IMG/VR virus record: IMGVR_UViG_3300027974_000023
Span: 32,001 to 96,000 of that record
Length of the DNA stretch: 64,000 nt
Origin: a virus
Direction: 5' to 3' (one strand)
Part shown: one piece after another, positions 30,214 through 38,530 of the stretch
Numbering within the stretch: the stretch's first letter is position 1
Layout of the letters: every line of letters begins with the position of its first letter
Translations under genes and position numbers: made by a program
Notes under the pieces: generated by a model
The model's input: the letters and a program-made list of their open reading frames with translations, nothing else
What the model was told of the DNA's origin: nothing
Databases searched by the model: none

Positions 30214-30672
30214 TTATTTAAGGAAAAGTAACTTGTACTTGGTTGAATTAAGTGTAGACTTAATTGTGTCAAGATCATTTACAATTTCTGAATATGGCAT
30301 CTTATCTTGTAATCCACAAACCATATCACAAATATCACGGATGTATTTTAATGCATCATCTACACTGTTTAATACTCTTGGTGATGACTCACTGTATGAT
30401 AATAGTTTCTCACTTGCTCCTTGGTAACCTTCTGCTAAATCATCAGCGTGTCCAGGTAAAGCATCATACAATTCATTTAATGCTTTATGAGCTGCATAGG
30501 AGCCTGCTCCTGTAATCTTTAAGTGTAGCTTATGAATACTAGTAGCAGCATTCATTAATTCACTTACACAAGCTGCGGTCATAGTATCTACTGATGCACC
30601 TGCTTCTACAGTAGGATAACTTGCTGCTGGCTTACTTGTTCCAGGATTTCTTTTTAACATTCTTGGTTCCAT
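30214..30672 (-). CDS. Ferritin/Dps-like protein (DUF5856-like)
   Basis: H.LHL...SYAAHKAL.ELYD....D.LAE.YQG and terminal KYKL.FLK signature. Confidence 0.75.
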   Translation of the reverse strand: MEPRMLKRNPGTSKPAASYPTVEAGASVDTMTAACVSELMNAATSIHKLHLKITGAGSYAAHKALNELYDALPGHADDLAEGYQGASEKLLSYSESSPRVLNSVDDALKYIRDICDMVCGLQDKMPYSEIVNDLDTIKSTLNSTKYKLLFLK

Positions 30673-30677
30673 TATTT

Positions 30678-31376
30678 TTAGTTGTTACGTTCAGCACCTT
30701 GAGTACCTCTAGAGAATTGGTTTCCTGACTCAATATCTCCAGCAAGTAATGAAACTGCTTCATCAATTATTAATTCAATTATATCATCTTTCAACTCACA
30801 CTCAATATCAGCTGTTGATGCAACTCCTGTATAAGGATCAGAACAATTTAAAAATTGTACTTTTCTTGGTTGTCTGTAATAAACAAGTGAAGCACTTTCA
30901 ACATCAAATTCATCATTAGTATAAATATGAATTGTATTGTTTATTAATGTTGCAAATGTTTCTCCCCACTCAAAACTGGGTTGTTTAGATTTATCTCTTA
31001 GAAGTTGAGTAAGGTTACCTTCTTCTGCAAGATATACAGCCATTCTTCTTTTATCACAACAATCCTTTTTTGCAAAAGTATCTATCCTTTTCCATTGTAG
31101 ATAATCACCTGGAATATTACATTGGAAATAAGATTCTCTTTTTAAAGGATTCAAAGTAAGTAGGGAAAGTAATACTTGAAGATCATCTTTTCTTCTTGTA
31201 GATTGCTCATCCCCTTCTTTAACCAAGTTAATACCATGCAATTGTCTTCTTACCCATTCTACCTGAGCTTTATTAAATACCTCAACAATCTGCCAACATT
31301 GAATGTTGTCATAGTCTTGAGAATCTAATTTATTGATACGCTGCTTAATTTTTATTTCAATTGCACTGTTTAACAT
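30678..31376 (-). CDS. Head-tail ring protein (R3/R4-like)
   Basis: NKLDSQ..FNKAQ, EQS..R.DDL, Y.RQP..V, CEL motifs of crAss-like ring proteins. Confidence 0.7.
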   Translation of the reverse strand: MLNSAIEIKIKQRINKLDSQDYDNIQCWQIVEVFNKAQVEWVRRQLHGINLVKEGDEQSTRRKDDLQVLLSLLTLNPLKRESYFQCNIPGDYLQWKRIDTFAKKDCCDKRRMAVYLAEEGNLTQLLRDKSKQPSFEWGETFATLINNTIHIYTNDEFDVESASLVYYRQPRKVQFLNCSDPYTGVASTADIECELKDDIIELIIDEAVSLLAGDIESGNQFSRGTQGAERNN

Positions 31377-31379
31377 ATC

Positions 31380-31775
31380 TTATTTTTTTCTTTTTACAAC
31401 GCCTCCTTTTTTCTTACTATTATTATAAGAATTCAAAATATCTGAAGCAGATTTGCCAGATTTTGTTGAAATTGATTTTGGCCCTTCAAACTGTGAAGAA
31501 GCAGGAGGGTTTGAATTATAATTTGGATCCATTCTAGGATCAGCATATTTTCTAGTAGGTTTTAAATAATCAGGTGTTTCTTCTTTAACAGTTGGTGTTT
31601 TAAGTTTAACATTTCCTTTCCAAGGATAATATTTATTGACAGGTTGTTGTGCAGCAGTTGTATCTTGTGCAATACCCGCCTGAGCTTTTTTCAAAGACTT
31701 CATGACTACAGCTTTTCTAGCTTCATTAGCTTTTCTAAAAGCAGTAATAGGATTAAGTGTTTCTTTCTTTGCCAT
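31380..31775 (-). CDS. Small basic protein ending KKGGVVKRKK
   Basis: ORF track. Lys-rich, contains AQAG and KKGG motifs. Confidence 0.6.
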   Translation of the reverse strand: MAKKETLNPITAFRKANEARKAVVMKSLKKAQAGIAQDTTAAQQPVNKYYPWKGNVKLKTPTVKEETPDYLKPTRKYADPRMDPNYNSNPPASSQFEGPKSISTKSGKSASDILNSYNNSKKKGGVVKRKK

Positions 31776-31777
31776 AA

Positions 31778-31936
31778 TTATTTCTTTTTAGCCATTGCTT
31801 TAAATGTCTTAGCTAACTGCTTAGCTTTACCTTTACAACCAGGTTTAGTTATAGGGGTGCATTTACCTTTTGTACCCCTTTTCTTAATATCAGCTGTAGC
31901 TTTTTGAATCCAGTTTTTATCTTTTTTCTCAGCCAT
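31778..31936 (-). CDS. Small basic protein (52 aa, MAEKKDKNWIQKA...LAKTFKAMAKKK)
   Basis: Translated by hand. Fills the gap exactly with 2-nt spacers. Confidence 0.75.
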   Translation of the reverse strand: MAEKKDKNWIQKATADIKKRGTKGKCTPITKPGCKGKAKQLAKTFKAMAKKK

Positions 31937-31938
31937 GA

Positions 31939-32304
31939 TTAGCACTTCTTTTTAGTTGCACCACCCATTTTTTTCTTGCTCATTTTAGCACCAGCAATTC
32001 TATCAGCAGCAGTAGCTTTAGGATTTTTATCTACACCCGCTTTAACTGATAACATACCAAAAGATGAACCACCTTTTTTAAAGCTTGGTCTTTCAGATAC
32101 ACATCCACCAGTAGCAGATCTAACTGTACCTGGAGGGCATGAATGTTTAACAGCAGTTACTTTAGAACCACCTTTTTTCATTGTTTCAGGTCCTGTACCT
32201 CCTGCATTAGGAATACCAAAGATTCCCATTTTTGCATTACTACCACCTTTTGTAGCTCCACCAGATTGCATCTTAGATCCACCACATTTCATACACTTTG
32301 CCAT
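31939..32304 (-). CDS. Small Gly/Lys-rich protein with repeated xKKGG/xQSGG
   Basis: MQSGG, MKKGG, FKKGG, KKMGG motifs. Confidence 0.65.
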   Translation of the reverse strand: MAKCMKCGGSKMQSGGATKGGSNAKMGIFGIPNAGGTGPETMKKGGSKVTAVKHSCPPGTVRSATGGCVSERPSFKKGGSSFGMLSVKAGVDKNPKATAADRIAGAKMSKKKMGGATKKKC

Positions 32305-32316
32305 ATTATATAAGTT

Positions 32317-32592
32317 TTAACAATTCCATTTTCTTAAAGCTAATGCTTTTCTTGTTGGTCTTCCCTTCTCATCTTTCATAGGTCCATCAACCCCTGACAT
32401 CCTGCTACAAAAACTTTTTCTTCTCTTAGCATCTTTGCTATCTGGATCAAGCTTTGATGGCTTAGTAGTAACAGCTGTCTTCATATTTCCTCCAGTAGCA
32501 TTATTGTATTTAGCTACCCCTTTTGCTGTAAGACCTCCAGACTTTGATTTTTCACCCCTAGAAATTGATAGTGACACACTTTTCTTGCTCAT
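32317..32592 (-). CDS. Small basic phage protein (DUF6321-like)
   Basis: GGLTAKG...RRKSFCSRMSG...ALRKWNC signature. Confidence 0.65.
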   Translation of the reverse strand: MSKKSVSLSISRGEKSKSGGLTAKGVAKYNNATGGNMKTAVTTKPSKLDPDSKDAKRRKSFCSRMSGVDGPMKDEKGRPTRKALALRKWNC

Positions 32593-33286
32593 AATCTTTT
32601 AAATATTTAAAATTATATTTATCACTTGTTTTTTTTCCAGTGCAAACCATGCTTATAAATGAATGACTAATGTTATATACTTGTTTTGCTTCATTTATAC
32701 AAGAATAAACAATATTAGTATTTAAATCTATAACTTTTTTTGCAAAACCATTATTACCTAATGTTTGGCTAATACTCATTTTTTGTTTTGATAAGTCACT
32801 AGTTTTCTTTCCGTAATTCCAATGTCTATCACCTCTTGGTCTATCTGTTCTTTCAGATGCTAACTTACTCATTACTTTTTTAGTTTCTTCTGAATGTTTT
32901 TTTCCTTTTCTTGGGTCTGGATTATTTAATCTATAAAGTCTATTTTTTTCTTTTATTTTTTCAATAGTTGCTATTGTATGTTTTACAGAATAGTCACCAC
33001 CTTTTGTTCTATTATATCCATTTGGAACCATAGAGTTTAGTTCTTGAATAAACTGTACTTCAAATAGTTTTGCATCTTCTAAAGTTAAATTATCTTTTAG
33101 TATTTCAAATTTAAATTTTTCAAACCCATACTTTTTAATAGCCAAACAAAAAACAACTGCTCTGCTTCTCATTCCTTTATGTTGCTTAAATCTTCTTTTT
33201 ACATCAGAAGTAATACCAATATACTTTTTATTATTAATATTATTTGTAAAACAATACACTGAATAAAGTGCTGCTGTCTTTGCCAT
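32558..33286 (-). CDS. Free-standing GIY-YIG homing endonuclease (NUMOD3/NUMOD1)
   Basis: VYCFTN...YIGIT...R..QH, GYN..GG, GKKHSEETK. Likely start MAKTAA at 33286. Confidence 0.9.
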   Translation of the reverse strand: MAKTAALYSVYCFTNNINNKKYIGITSDVKRRFKQHKGMRSRAVVFCLAIKKYGFEKFKFEILKDNLTLEDAKLFEVQFIQELNSMVPNGYNRTKGGDYSVKHTIATIEKIKEKNRLYRLNNPDPRKGKKHSEETKKVMSKLASERTDRPRGDRHWNYGKKTSDLSKQKMSISQTLGNNGFAKKVIDLNTNIVYSCINEAKQVYNISHSFISMVCTGKKTSDKYNFKYLKDYEQEKCVTINF

Positions 33287-33297
33287 AGTTATTAATT

Positions 33298-34245
33298 TTA
33301 TAAACCTGCTAAAAATGATGTAGTTAAATCTACCCATCCACCAACACTATTATATTTTTTAAATGATGTAACATTAATATAAGCATTATATCCATCATCT
33401 GTATTAATAAATGTTCCCGAACAATAAAATACATCAATTTCTGTTCCAACATTAGCATCAATTATTCCTGTTGCACCTGTTAAAAAAGTATTTGAAGCTA
33501 ATCTTATTTTTTCAGTAGCATAAACCATTTTAGCTCCATAAGTTGTTATAGCTGCAAGAGCCGCTTTAAATGGAAATAGTATAGCACATAGAGTATAGTT
33601 TTGATAATCATTTGGAAAGTTTGTTACAACTGGAGCAACAGCATTTGCTGCTACCCATGTAATTGCTGTAGCAACTGCACCACAAGTATTATCCGTTAAA
33701 GATTGCGTTTCACTCTTTCCTCTTCTCCAAATCCTTCCTACACTACCTGTTCTTGATATTCCAATATGCGGTGTATTAATCATAAACAAACCACCATTTG
33801 TACTTGTTGTAACATGTGATCCCCAAGCTTGTATACCTAATATACCTGTGTGAGGATAACCAGCTAAACCACCTGCCATGAATGCACCTAAAAACTGATT
33901 CTGAGATGCAGGAGTCTGACCAATGTTTGAAATATCTGAATAAATAGGACCATCTATATCATCAGAACAAATTGAATCTGATAAAACTATATTATCTGGA
34001 AAGTAACCTTTTTCTTGTATAAAAGATTTAGCATAATCACCAAATCTTTGAACATTAACTGCTCCAGGATAAGTTACTTTAACTGTAGTATCATAGTCTA
34101 CAGGATTAATTGTATTTCTTTCAACACCTTCTACAACAGGAAACCAATCTCCTGATACCGGTTTAATACTAGAAAGAATTAAAGCACCAGGTACAACAGT
34201 ATCTGTTTTTGGATTTTTTAATGCATAAGGAATTAATTTTGCCAT
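33298..34245 (-). CDS. LCIB/LCIC-family beta-carbonic anhydrase-like protein
   Basis: S.CSDD, F..GGLAGYP..G..G, PHIGI...G.VG...RRG and TCGA motifs, giving Cys/His/Cys zinc ligands. Confidence 0.75.
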   Translation of the reverse strand: MAKLIPYALKNPKTDTVVPGALILSSIKPVSGDWFPVVEGVERNTINPVDYDTTVKVTYPGAVNVQRFGDYAKSFIQEKGYFPDNIVLSDSICSDDIDGPIYSDISNIGQTPASQNQFLGAFMAGGLAGYPHTGILGIQAWGSHVTTSTNGGLFMINTPHIGISRTGSVGRIWRRGKSETQSLTDNTCGAVATAITWVAANAVAPVVTNFPNDYQNYTLCAILFPFKAALAAITTYGAKMVYATEKIRLASNTFLTGATGIIDANVGTEIDVFYCSGTFINTDDGYNAYINVTSFKKYNSVGGWVDLTTSFLAGL

Positions 34246-34247
34246 GA

Positions 34248-34400
34248 CTATTTCTTTTTTGTAGTTGCTTTAATCTTTTTCTCTTGTTTCAGCATTTGAG
34301 CTGTAGGTTTCTTTCCAGAACCTTTATTATCACGGATGTTATCCCAGAGACCTCTCTGGGAAACACTACCGTCTTTTCTTTTTAGCATTTGCTTTGCCAT
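34248..34400 (-). CDS. Small basic protein (50 aa, MAKQMLKRKDGSVSQRGLWDNI...)
   Basis: Translated by hand. Fills the gap with 2-nt spacers. Confidence 0.75.
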   Translation of the reverse strand: MAKQMLKRKDGSVSQRGLWDNIRDNKGSGKKPTAQMLKQEKKIKATTKKK

Positions 34401-34402
34401 TA

Positions 34403-34705
34403 TTATTTTTTCTTAAATAAGTTTTTAAAAAAAGATTTAATTTTAGCAGCTGTTGATACTGATTCAATTACTATTTCTTCAATCTCCTCAGCTTTTTCTT
34501 CAACTAATTCTTTGTGTTCAGAAATAATTTTAGTTGCTTCATATGTAGCATTTTCAACTATTGCTAATACTTCTTGTTCAACCTCTTCTTTAACTATAAC
34601 AGGTTTAGCTTTCTTAACTCTAGGTTTTCTTACTGATGCTTTTTTAGCAGTTGAAACTTTCTTTACTGTTTCATCTTTAACTTCTTCTCTTACTTTCTTT
34701 GCCAT
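34403..34705 (-). CDS. Small protein with basic N-terminus and acidic helix
   Basis: ORF track. Operon context. Confidence 0.6.
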   Translation of the reverse strand: MAKKVREEVKDETVKKVSTAKKASVRKPRVKKAKPVIVKEEVEQEVLAIVENATYEATKIISEHKELVEEKAEEIEEIVIESVSTAAKIKSFFKNLFKKK

Positions 34706-34722
34706 AATATTAAAATAAAATT

Positions 34723-34751
34723 AAGCATCCCCTTATTTAGAAGGAGATGCT
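34723..34751 (-). terminator. Putative terminator hairpin overlapping the stop of the 59-aa ORF
   Basis: AGCATC.CCTT...AAGG.GATGCT inverted repeat followed by a U-rich tract on the minus strand. Confidence 0.6.
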
Positions 34752-34912
34752 GATTTAGGAGCTTTAGATATTCCACCTACTTTTCCTTTTGCTACTTTTT
34801 GTGCAGATGCTTTTGGATTAACTCCAGATTTAACACCTTTACTTCCAGCAACTTTAGAAGCGGAAACTTTTGCATTTGGGTTATTCATTTTCCCAGTTGT
34901 GTAATTTGCCAT
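34733..34912 (-). CDS. Small Lys/Ala/Ser/Gly-rich histone-tail-like protein (59 aa)
   Basis: Translated by hand: MANYTTGKMNNPNAKVSASKVAGSKGVKSGVNPKASAQKVAKGKVGG... Confidence 0.7.
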   Translation of the reverse strand: MANYTTGKMNNPNAKVSASKVAGSKGVKSGVNPKASAQKVAKGKVGGISKAPKSASPSK

Positions 34913-34924
34913 TTTATTTTTAGT

Positions 34925-35941
34925 TTAAGAGTTCCAATACTTTTCACAAGCAGCGTTCAAGTCTTTTAAGATATCCTCATTTAAAGGGTTCTTCATATGC
35001 TCAACTACATCAGACACATTTCTTCCAAGCATAGCACCTGACTTAGTGTGGTAGATATAACCATCTGCCTTATTTATAATATACTTAAAAAATACGGAAT
35101 CTCTAACAATTGATTTAATTTTTAGTGTTTCCATATCAAGATTAGCTACATCCATAAATGATTTAGCTGCTCTTTCTTTGTTACTTTCTCCTCCTAAACC
35201 GTTGATGAATACATCCATGTTTTCATAGATTACATCATTAGGAGTTGATTTTCTATATTGTGTACTGTTGATATCCACCACCTTAGCAATGTAAAACAAC
35301 TTAGTACTGTTTTTGTCAAATAATTTCTGAAGTTCAGCAAGTGCTTTATTACGCAGCTTTTTGTATTCAGTTCTTACCATTACTGTTTCTTCTTCTTTAT
35401 CTAAGTAAAACTTAGGTGGAACAGCTTTGGATCTAGCATCATCAAAACTTTTTGATACAAGAGAAAATCCTCCTGCTTCAATTGCATAAAGTTTGATTCT
35501 ATCATAAGGATCTCTTGGGTCTAAGAACAAAGGTTCATTACCACAAGAAATGGAAATCTTATTCCAAAAATCTTTATTGTTTGGTTGTAGTAATTTTACT
35601 TGATTCCAAAACATTGGATCTTCAATATCAATTACATTTGCAGCTAATTCTTTTTCTAACTCAGCTACAGCACTTCTTATCTCTCTTACCTTTGCAGCTC
35701 TATCTTCTTCATTAAGAAGTTTTATTTCCGGTGCAAATTCATTCAGTCCAGTAAGGTATCTTACTACACCATTATTGTCTAAACAAGCAATTTGTTCAGA
35801 GTGTGTTACCCCATCAAATAAACTCATCCCATAATCTTCTAAACCCATGTTAGAAGAGGAATTGTCAAAGAAAGGTCTTACAGCTATTGCTGTTTTTTTA
35901 ACTGAGCCCTTACCGGTCTCAACCATTGTGAAATTATCCAT
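34925..35941 (-). CDS. Conserved crAss-like protein downstream of the MCP
   Basis: YLTGL...FW...L.LD..DP.D pattern. Synteny. Confidence 0.55.
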   Translation of the reverse strand: MDNFTMVETGKGSVKKTAIAVRPFFDNSSSNMGLEDYGMSLFDGVTHSEQIACLDNNGVVRYLTGLNEFAPEIKLLNEEDRAAKVREIRSAVAELEKELAANVIDIEDPMFWNQVKLLQPNNKDFWNKISISCGNEPLFLDPRDPYDRIKLYAIEAGGFSLVSKSFDDARSKAVPPKFYLDKEEETVMVRTEYKKLRNKALAELQKLFDKNSTKLFYIAKVVDINSTQYRKSTPNDVIYENMDVFINGLGGESNKERAAKSFMDVANLDMETLKIKSIVRDSVFFKYIINKADGYIYHTKSGAMLGRNVSDVVEHMKNPLNEDILKDLNAACEKYWNS

Positions 35942-35974
35942 TGTTTTGTTGGTTTTTGGTTTGTGTAAATTTAA

Positions 35975-36823
35975 TTAATTATTCTGGCACATCTCCAGAT
36001 AAGTGTTATATTTTCTATCTAAATAGATAGTTGCATCTTGATACAATAATTCTAAAACTTTTTTACAATCACTTGAATAATAGTGAACTTGAAATAAGCT
36101 ATTTTTTAAACCTCCTTCTTTATTACTATGACTTGGATATTTACTTTTAATTTCCAGTTCCTTAGTACAAAAAATAATAAATTCAAAAATTGTTTCAATT
36201 GTTCCACATAATGAAATCTGAGGTTTAATGTCATAGTTATAAACTCCACCATCACCGTCAACAACACCTCTCCAAAAATCTTTTGAATTTTTTAAAGAGT
36301 CATGTGGTACAGCTGTCCAACTTTTTTTATTATTAAAACCTAACTCTTTAAGTTTACTATGTAAAACTTTAGAAAAAATTTTAATTGAACAAGAATTTTC
36401 TGCATAAAATTTTATCTCTTTATTACAATTAAAAAAAAGTTTAAACTTTTCTAAATGTTCTTTATCCTTTAGCTCAATTTCTAATTCAATAGAATATTCT
36501 TTTTCTTTTCTAATGTGACCATCTGCATATAGAAAACCTATCCAATATAAAGCTTCTGGTGTTAATGTATCAAAAACAGTTTCATCTAACGTAGAACCTC
36601 TACTGAGTCTCCATTGTGTAGATTTATCTCTTATTAACCCAGATTGCTGTAGTATTGTTCTAATAGTTTTTCTAGTCATCTTCATGACTTCCTCAATTTT
36701 AGTTTGAGGAAGCCCTTGAAGATACATACTTTTAACAGTTTCTTTTTGCTCTGTTGTAATTTTACTCAAATTAGCTACCGCATTATAAGGTCTATGCGGG
36801 TAAATTCTTTTCTTTTTGTCCAT
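35975..36823 (-). CDS. Free-standing LAGLIDADG homing endonuclease with N-terminal HTH
   Basis: YWIGFLYADG and FWRGVVDGDGG motifs, LDRK terminus. Start at MDKKK after a TATATTTG promoter. Confidence 0.9.
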   Translation of the reverse strand: MDKKKRIYPHRPYNAVANLSKITTEQKETVKSMYLQGLPQTKIEEVMKMTRKTIRTILQQSGLIRDKSTQWRLSRGSTLDETVFDTLTPEALYWIGFLYADGHIRKEKEYSIELEIELKDKEHLEKFKLFFNCNKEIKFYAENSCSIKIFSKVLHSKLKELGFNNKKSWTAVPHDSLKNSKDFWRGVVDGDGGVYNYDIKPQISLCGTIETIFEFIIFCTKELEIKSKYPSHSNKEGGLKNSLFQVHYYSSDCKKVLELLYQDATIYLDRKYNTYLEMCQNN

Positions 36824-36841
36824 GTTTTTATAATTAAAACA

Positions 36842-36872
36842 CAAATATAAAAAGAATATTTGAGAAATCCAA
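36842..36872 (-). promoter_or_regulatory. Bacteroidetes sigma-A promoter (TTG-N20-TATATTTG) of the LAGLIDADG gene
   Basis: Matches the TAnnTTTG -7 element with a TTG about 20 nt upstream. Confidence 0.6.
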
Positions 36873-36883
36873 TTACTGTCTGA

Positions 36884-38503
36884 TCAAAAACTTCCTCCTG
36901 TAATAGGGTTTCTCATAACAATTTTCAATACTTTAGTTGGATCTTTAACCCAAATAGCTGGCATTGTTTGAGACATCATTACACGGTATCCATTGAATTG
37001 ACCTGAAGATTGGAACCCTTGAGTTCTACCCATGTAATCCATAGTACCATTTTGATACCACCATTTCAATTGATTATCCCAAGATAATTTCAATAAGAAG
37101 ATGTTATCATTAGTATTATCAGTAATATCAAAGATAATGAATGAATAAGAAGATAATGGGAAACCATCAATAATTGGGTTTTCAATATCATTTGTGTGAA
37201 CATTGTCAAATGCTGGATTCAATACAAATTTCACGTTAGCCAAGAATGGGATAACATATGAAGTGTATGCAAATCCAAAGTTCAAGTCCATACCTTTACC
37301 AGTGATTGCACCTATATCAGCAGCTTGAATCAATAAACCTGAAGATACTGCCTCACGTTTGATAGCCTCATTTACCATTCTCATACCACCCATACCAGTT
37401 TGTACAACTAGAGAGCGTTTTGGATCTGGACCTTGGAACTCAACTTTACCATTAAAGAAGTTGTAGATCTCTCCACGGAATAAATCCAATGTAAAGTTGT
37501 TTTTGTTGTAGATTCTTTTGAAAGAGTTATCCAACTGTTTCCAAAGACCCACTGACAATCTTAAATCATCTGGACCATCTTGTTTAACTTTACCACCTTG
37601 ACCCCACATTAAGTAAGTTTCAATATCTGTAGCAATTTTAGACAAGTGAGCAGATTCCATTGTAGTTAAGAATGTTCTAGATAAATCACCATTGTCAAAA
37701 GCTTTTTTAACTTTGTCTTTACCTAATTTCTTAACCATGTCATCTAAGTTAGCAATAGATGGATCATTTAAGTTAGAATCAAATGTTCTCCAGATTTCAG
37801 TTACAGGAACTGTTCCATCTGCATTCATTCCTCCTTTGATCATCAAATCTGCTCTAGAAGAGATAGAATAATGTACGTGAGCTTCAGCACCACCAACAAA
37901 GTTGTAGAATTCACGGAATCCTGCTCTTGTTTGGATATCAGAGAATCTTTCTCCATATTCACCACGTGCAGAACCTTTACGGAATACTTTAGTACCATTA
38001 GACAAATACTTGTTATCCAAGAATTTGAAATTGTCATTGTTCACTAATTGAACTGTGTAGATGAAACCATCACCAATTGGAAGAATATCTTCTGCAGTAA
38101 TGTACATCTCAACACCGTTGTATTTGTCATAAGTGATGATATCACCATGTCCAAACTCACGTCTGTTCAATTTAATACGGAATGTTGAACCTTCAATTCC
38201 TTTGAATTCATTGTCTGGTTCAATGTCTTCAATTACATAAGGAAGGTCAATAGAAACCGGAGTTTGCCATCTATACTCACCTCTTGCATTGTCAACCATA
38301 ATTACATTCTTTCCACCGAAAGAAGACATTTGATAAAGTGGCATCTCAACTTTTTGAGCCATAGCCCATAAGTCAACTGGACCTAAATCCATTGGTTGCG
38401 CATCCTTTAACATGTTTACTAAGTGGTAAGAATCCACATGTGAACTTGCATTGTATGCAGTATCACGTAGGAATATACCATTGTTTAAAACTGGAGTACT
38501 CAT
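36884..38503 (-). CDS. Major capsid protein (crAss-like)
   Basis: 539 aa, follows the acidic scaffold-like gene. GL..QL, VQTG.GG, Y..P....V.F..NP.FD motifs. Codon usage looks highly expressed. Confidence 0.8.
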   Translation of the reverse strand: MSTPVLNNGIFLRDTAYNASSHVDSYHLVNMLKDAQPMDLGPVDLWAMAQKVEMPLYQMSSFGGKNVIMVDNARGEYRWQTPVSIDLPYVIEDIEPDNEFKGIEGSTFRIKLNRREFGHGDIITYDKYNGVEMYITAEDILPIGDGFIYTVQLVNNDNFKFLDNKYLSNGTKVFRKGSARGEYGERFSDIQTRAGFREFYNFVGGAEAHVHYSISSRADLMIKGGMNADGTVPVTEIWRTFDSNLNDPSIANLDDMVKKLGKDKVKKAFDNGDLSRTFLTTMESAHLSKIATDIETYLMWGQGGKVKQDGPDDLRLSVGLWKQLDNSFKRIYNKNNFTLDLFRGEIYNFFNGKVEFQGPDPKRSLVVQTGMGGMRMVNEAIKREAVSSGLLIQAADIGAITGKGMDLNFGFAYTSYVIPFLANVKFVLNPAFDNVHTNDIENPIIDGFPLSSYSFIIFDITDNTNDNIFLLKLSWDNQLKWWYQNGTMDYMGRTQGFQSSGQFNGYRVMMSQTMPAIWVKDPTKVLKIVMRNPITGGSF

Positions 38504-38530
38504 TTATTTATTTTATTTATTAGTTACTAA

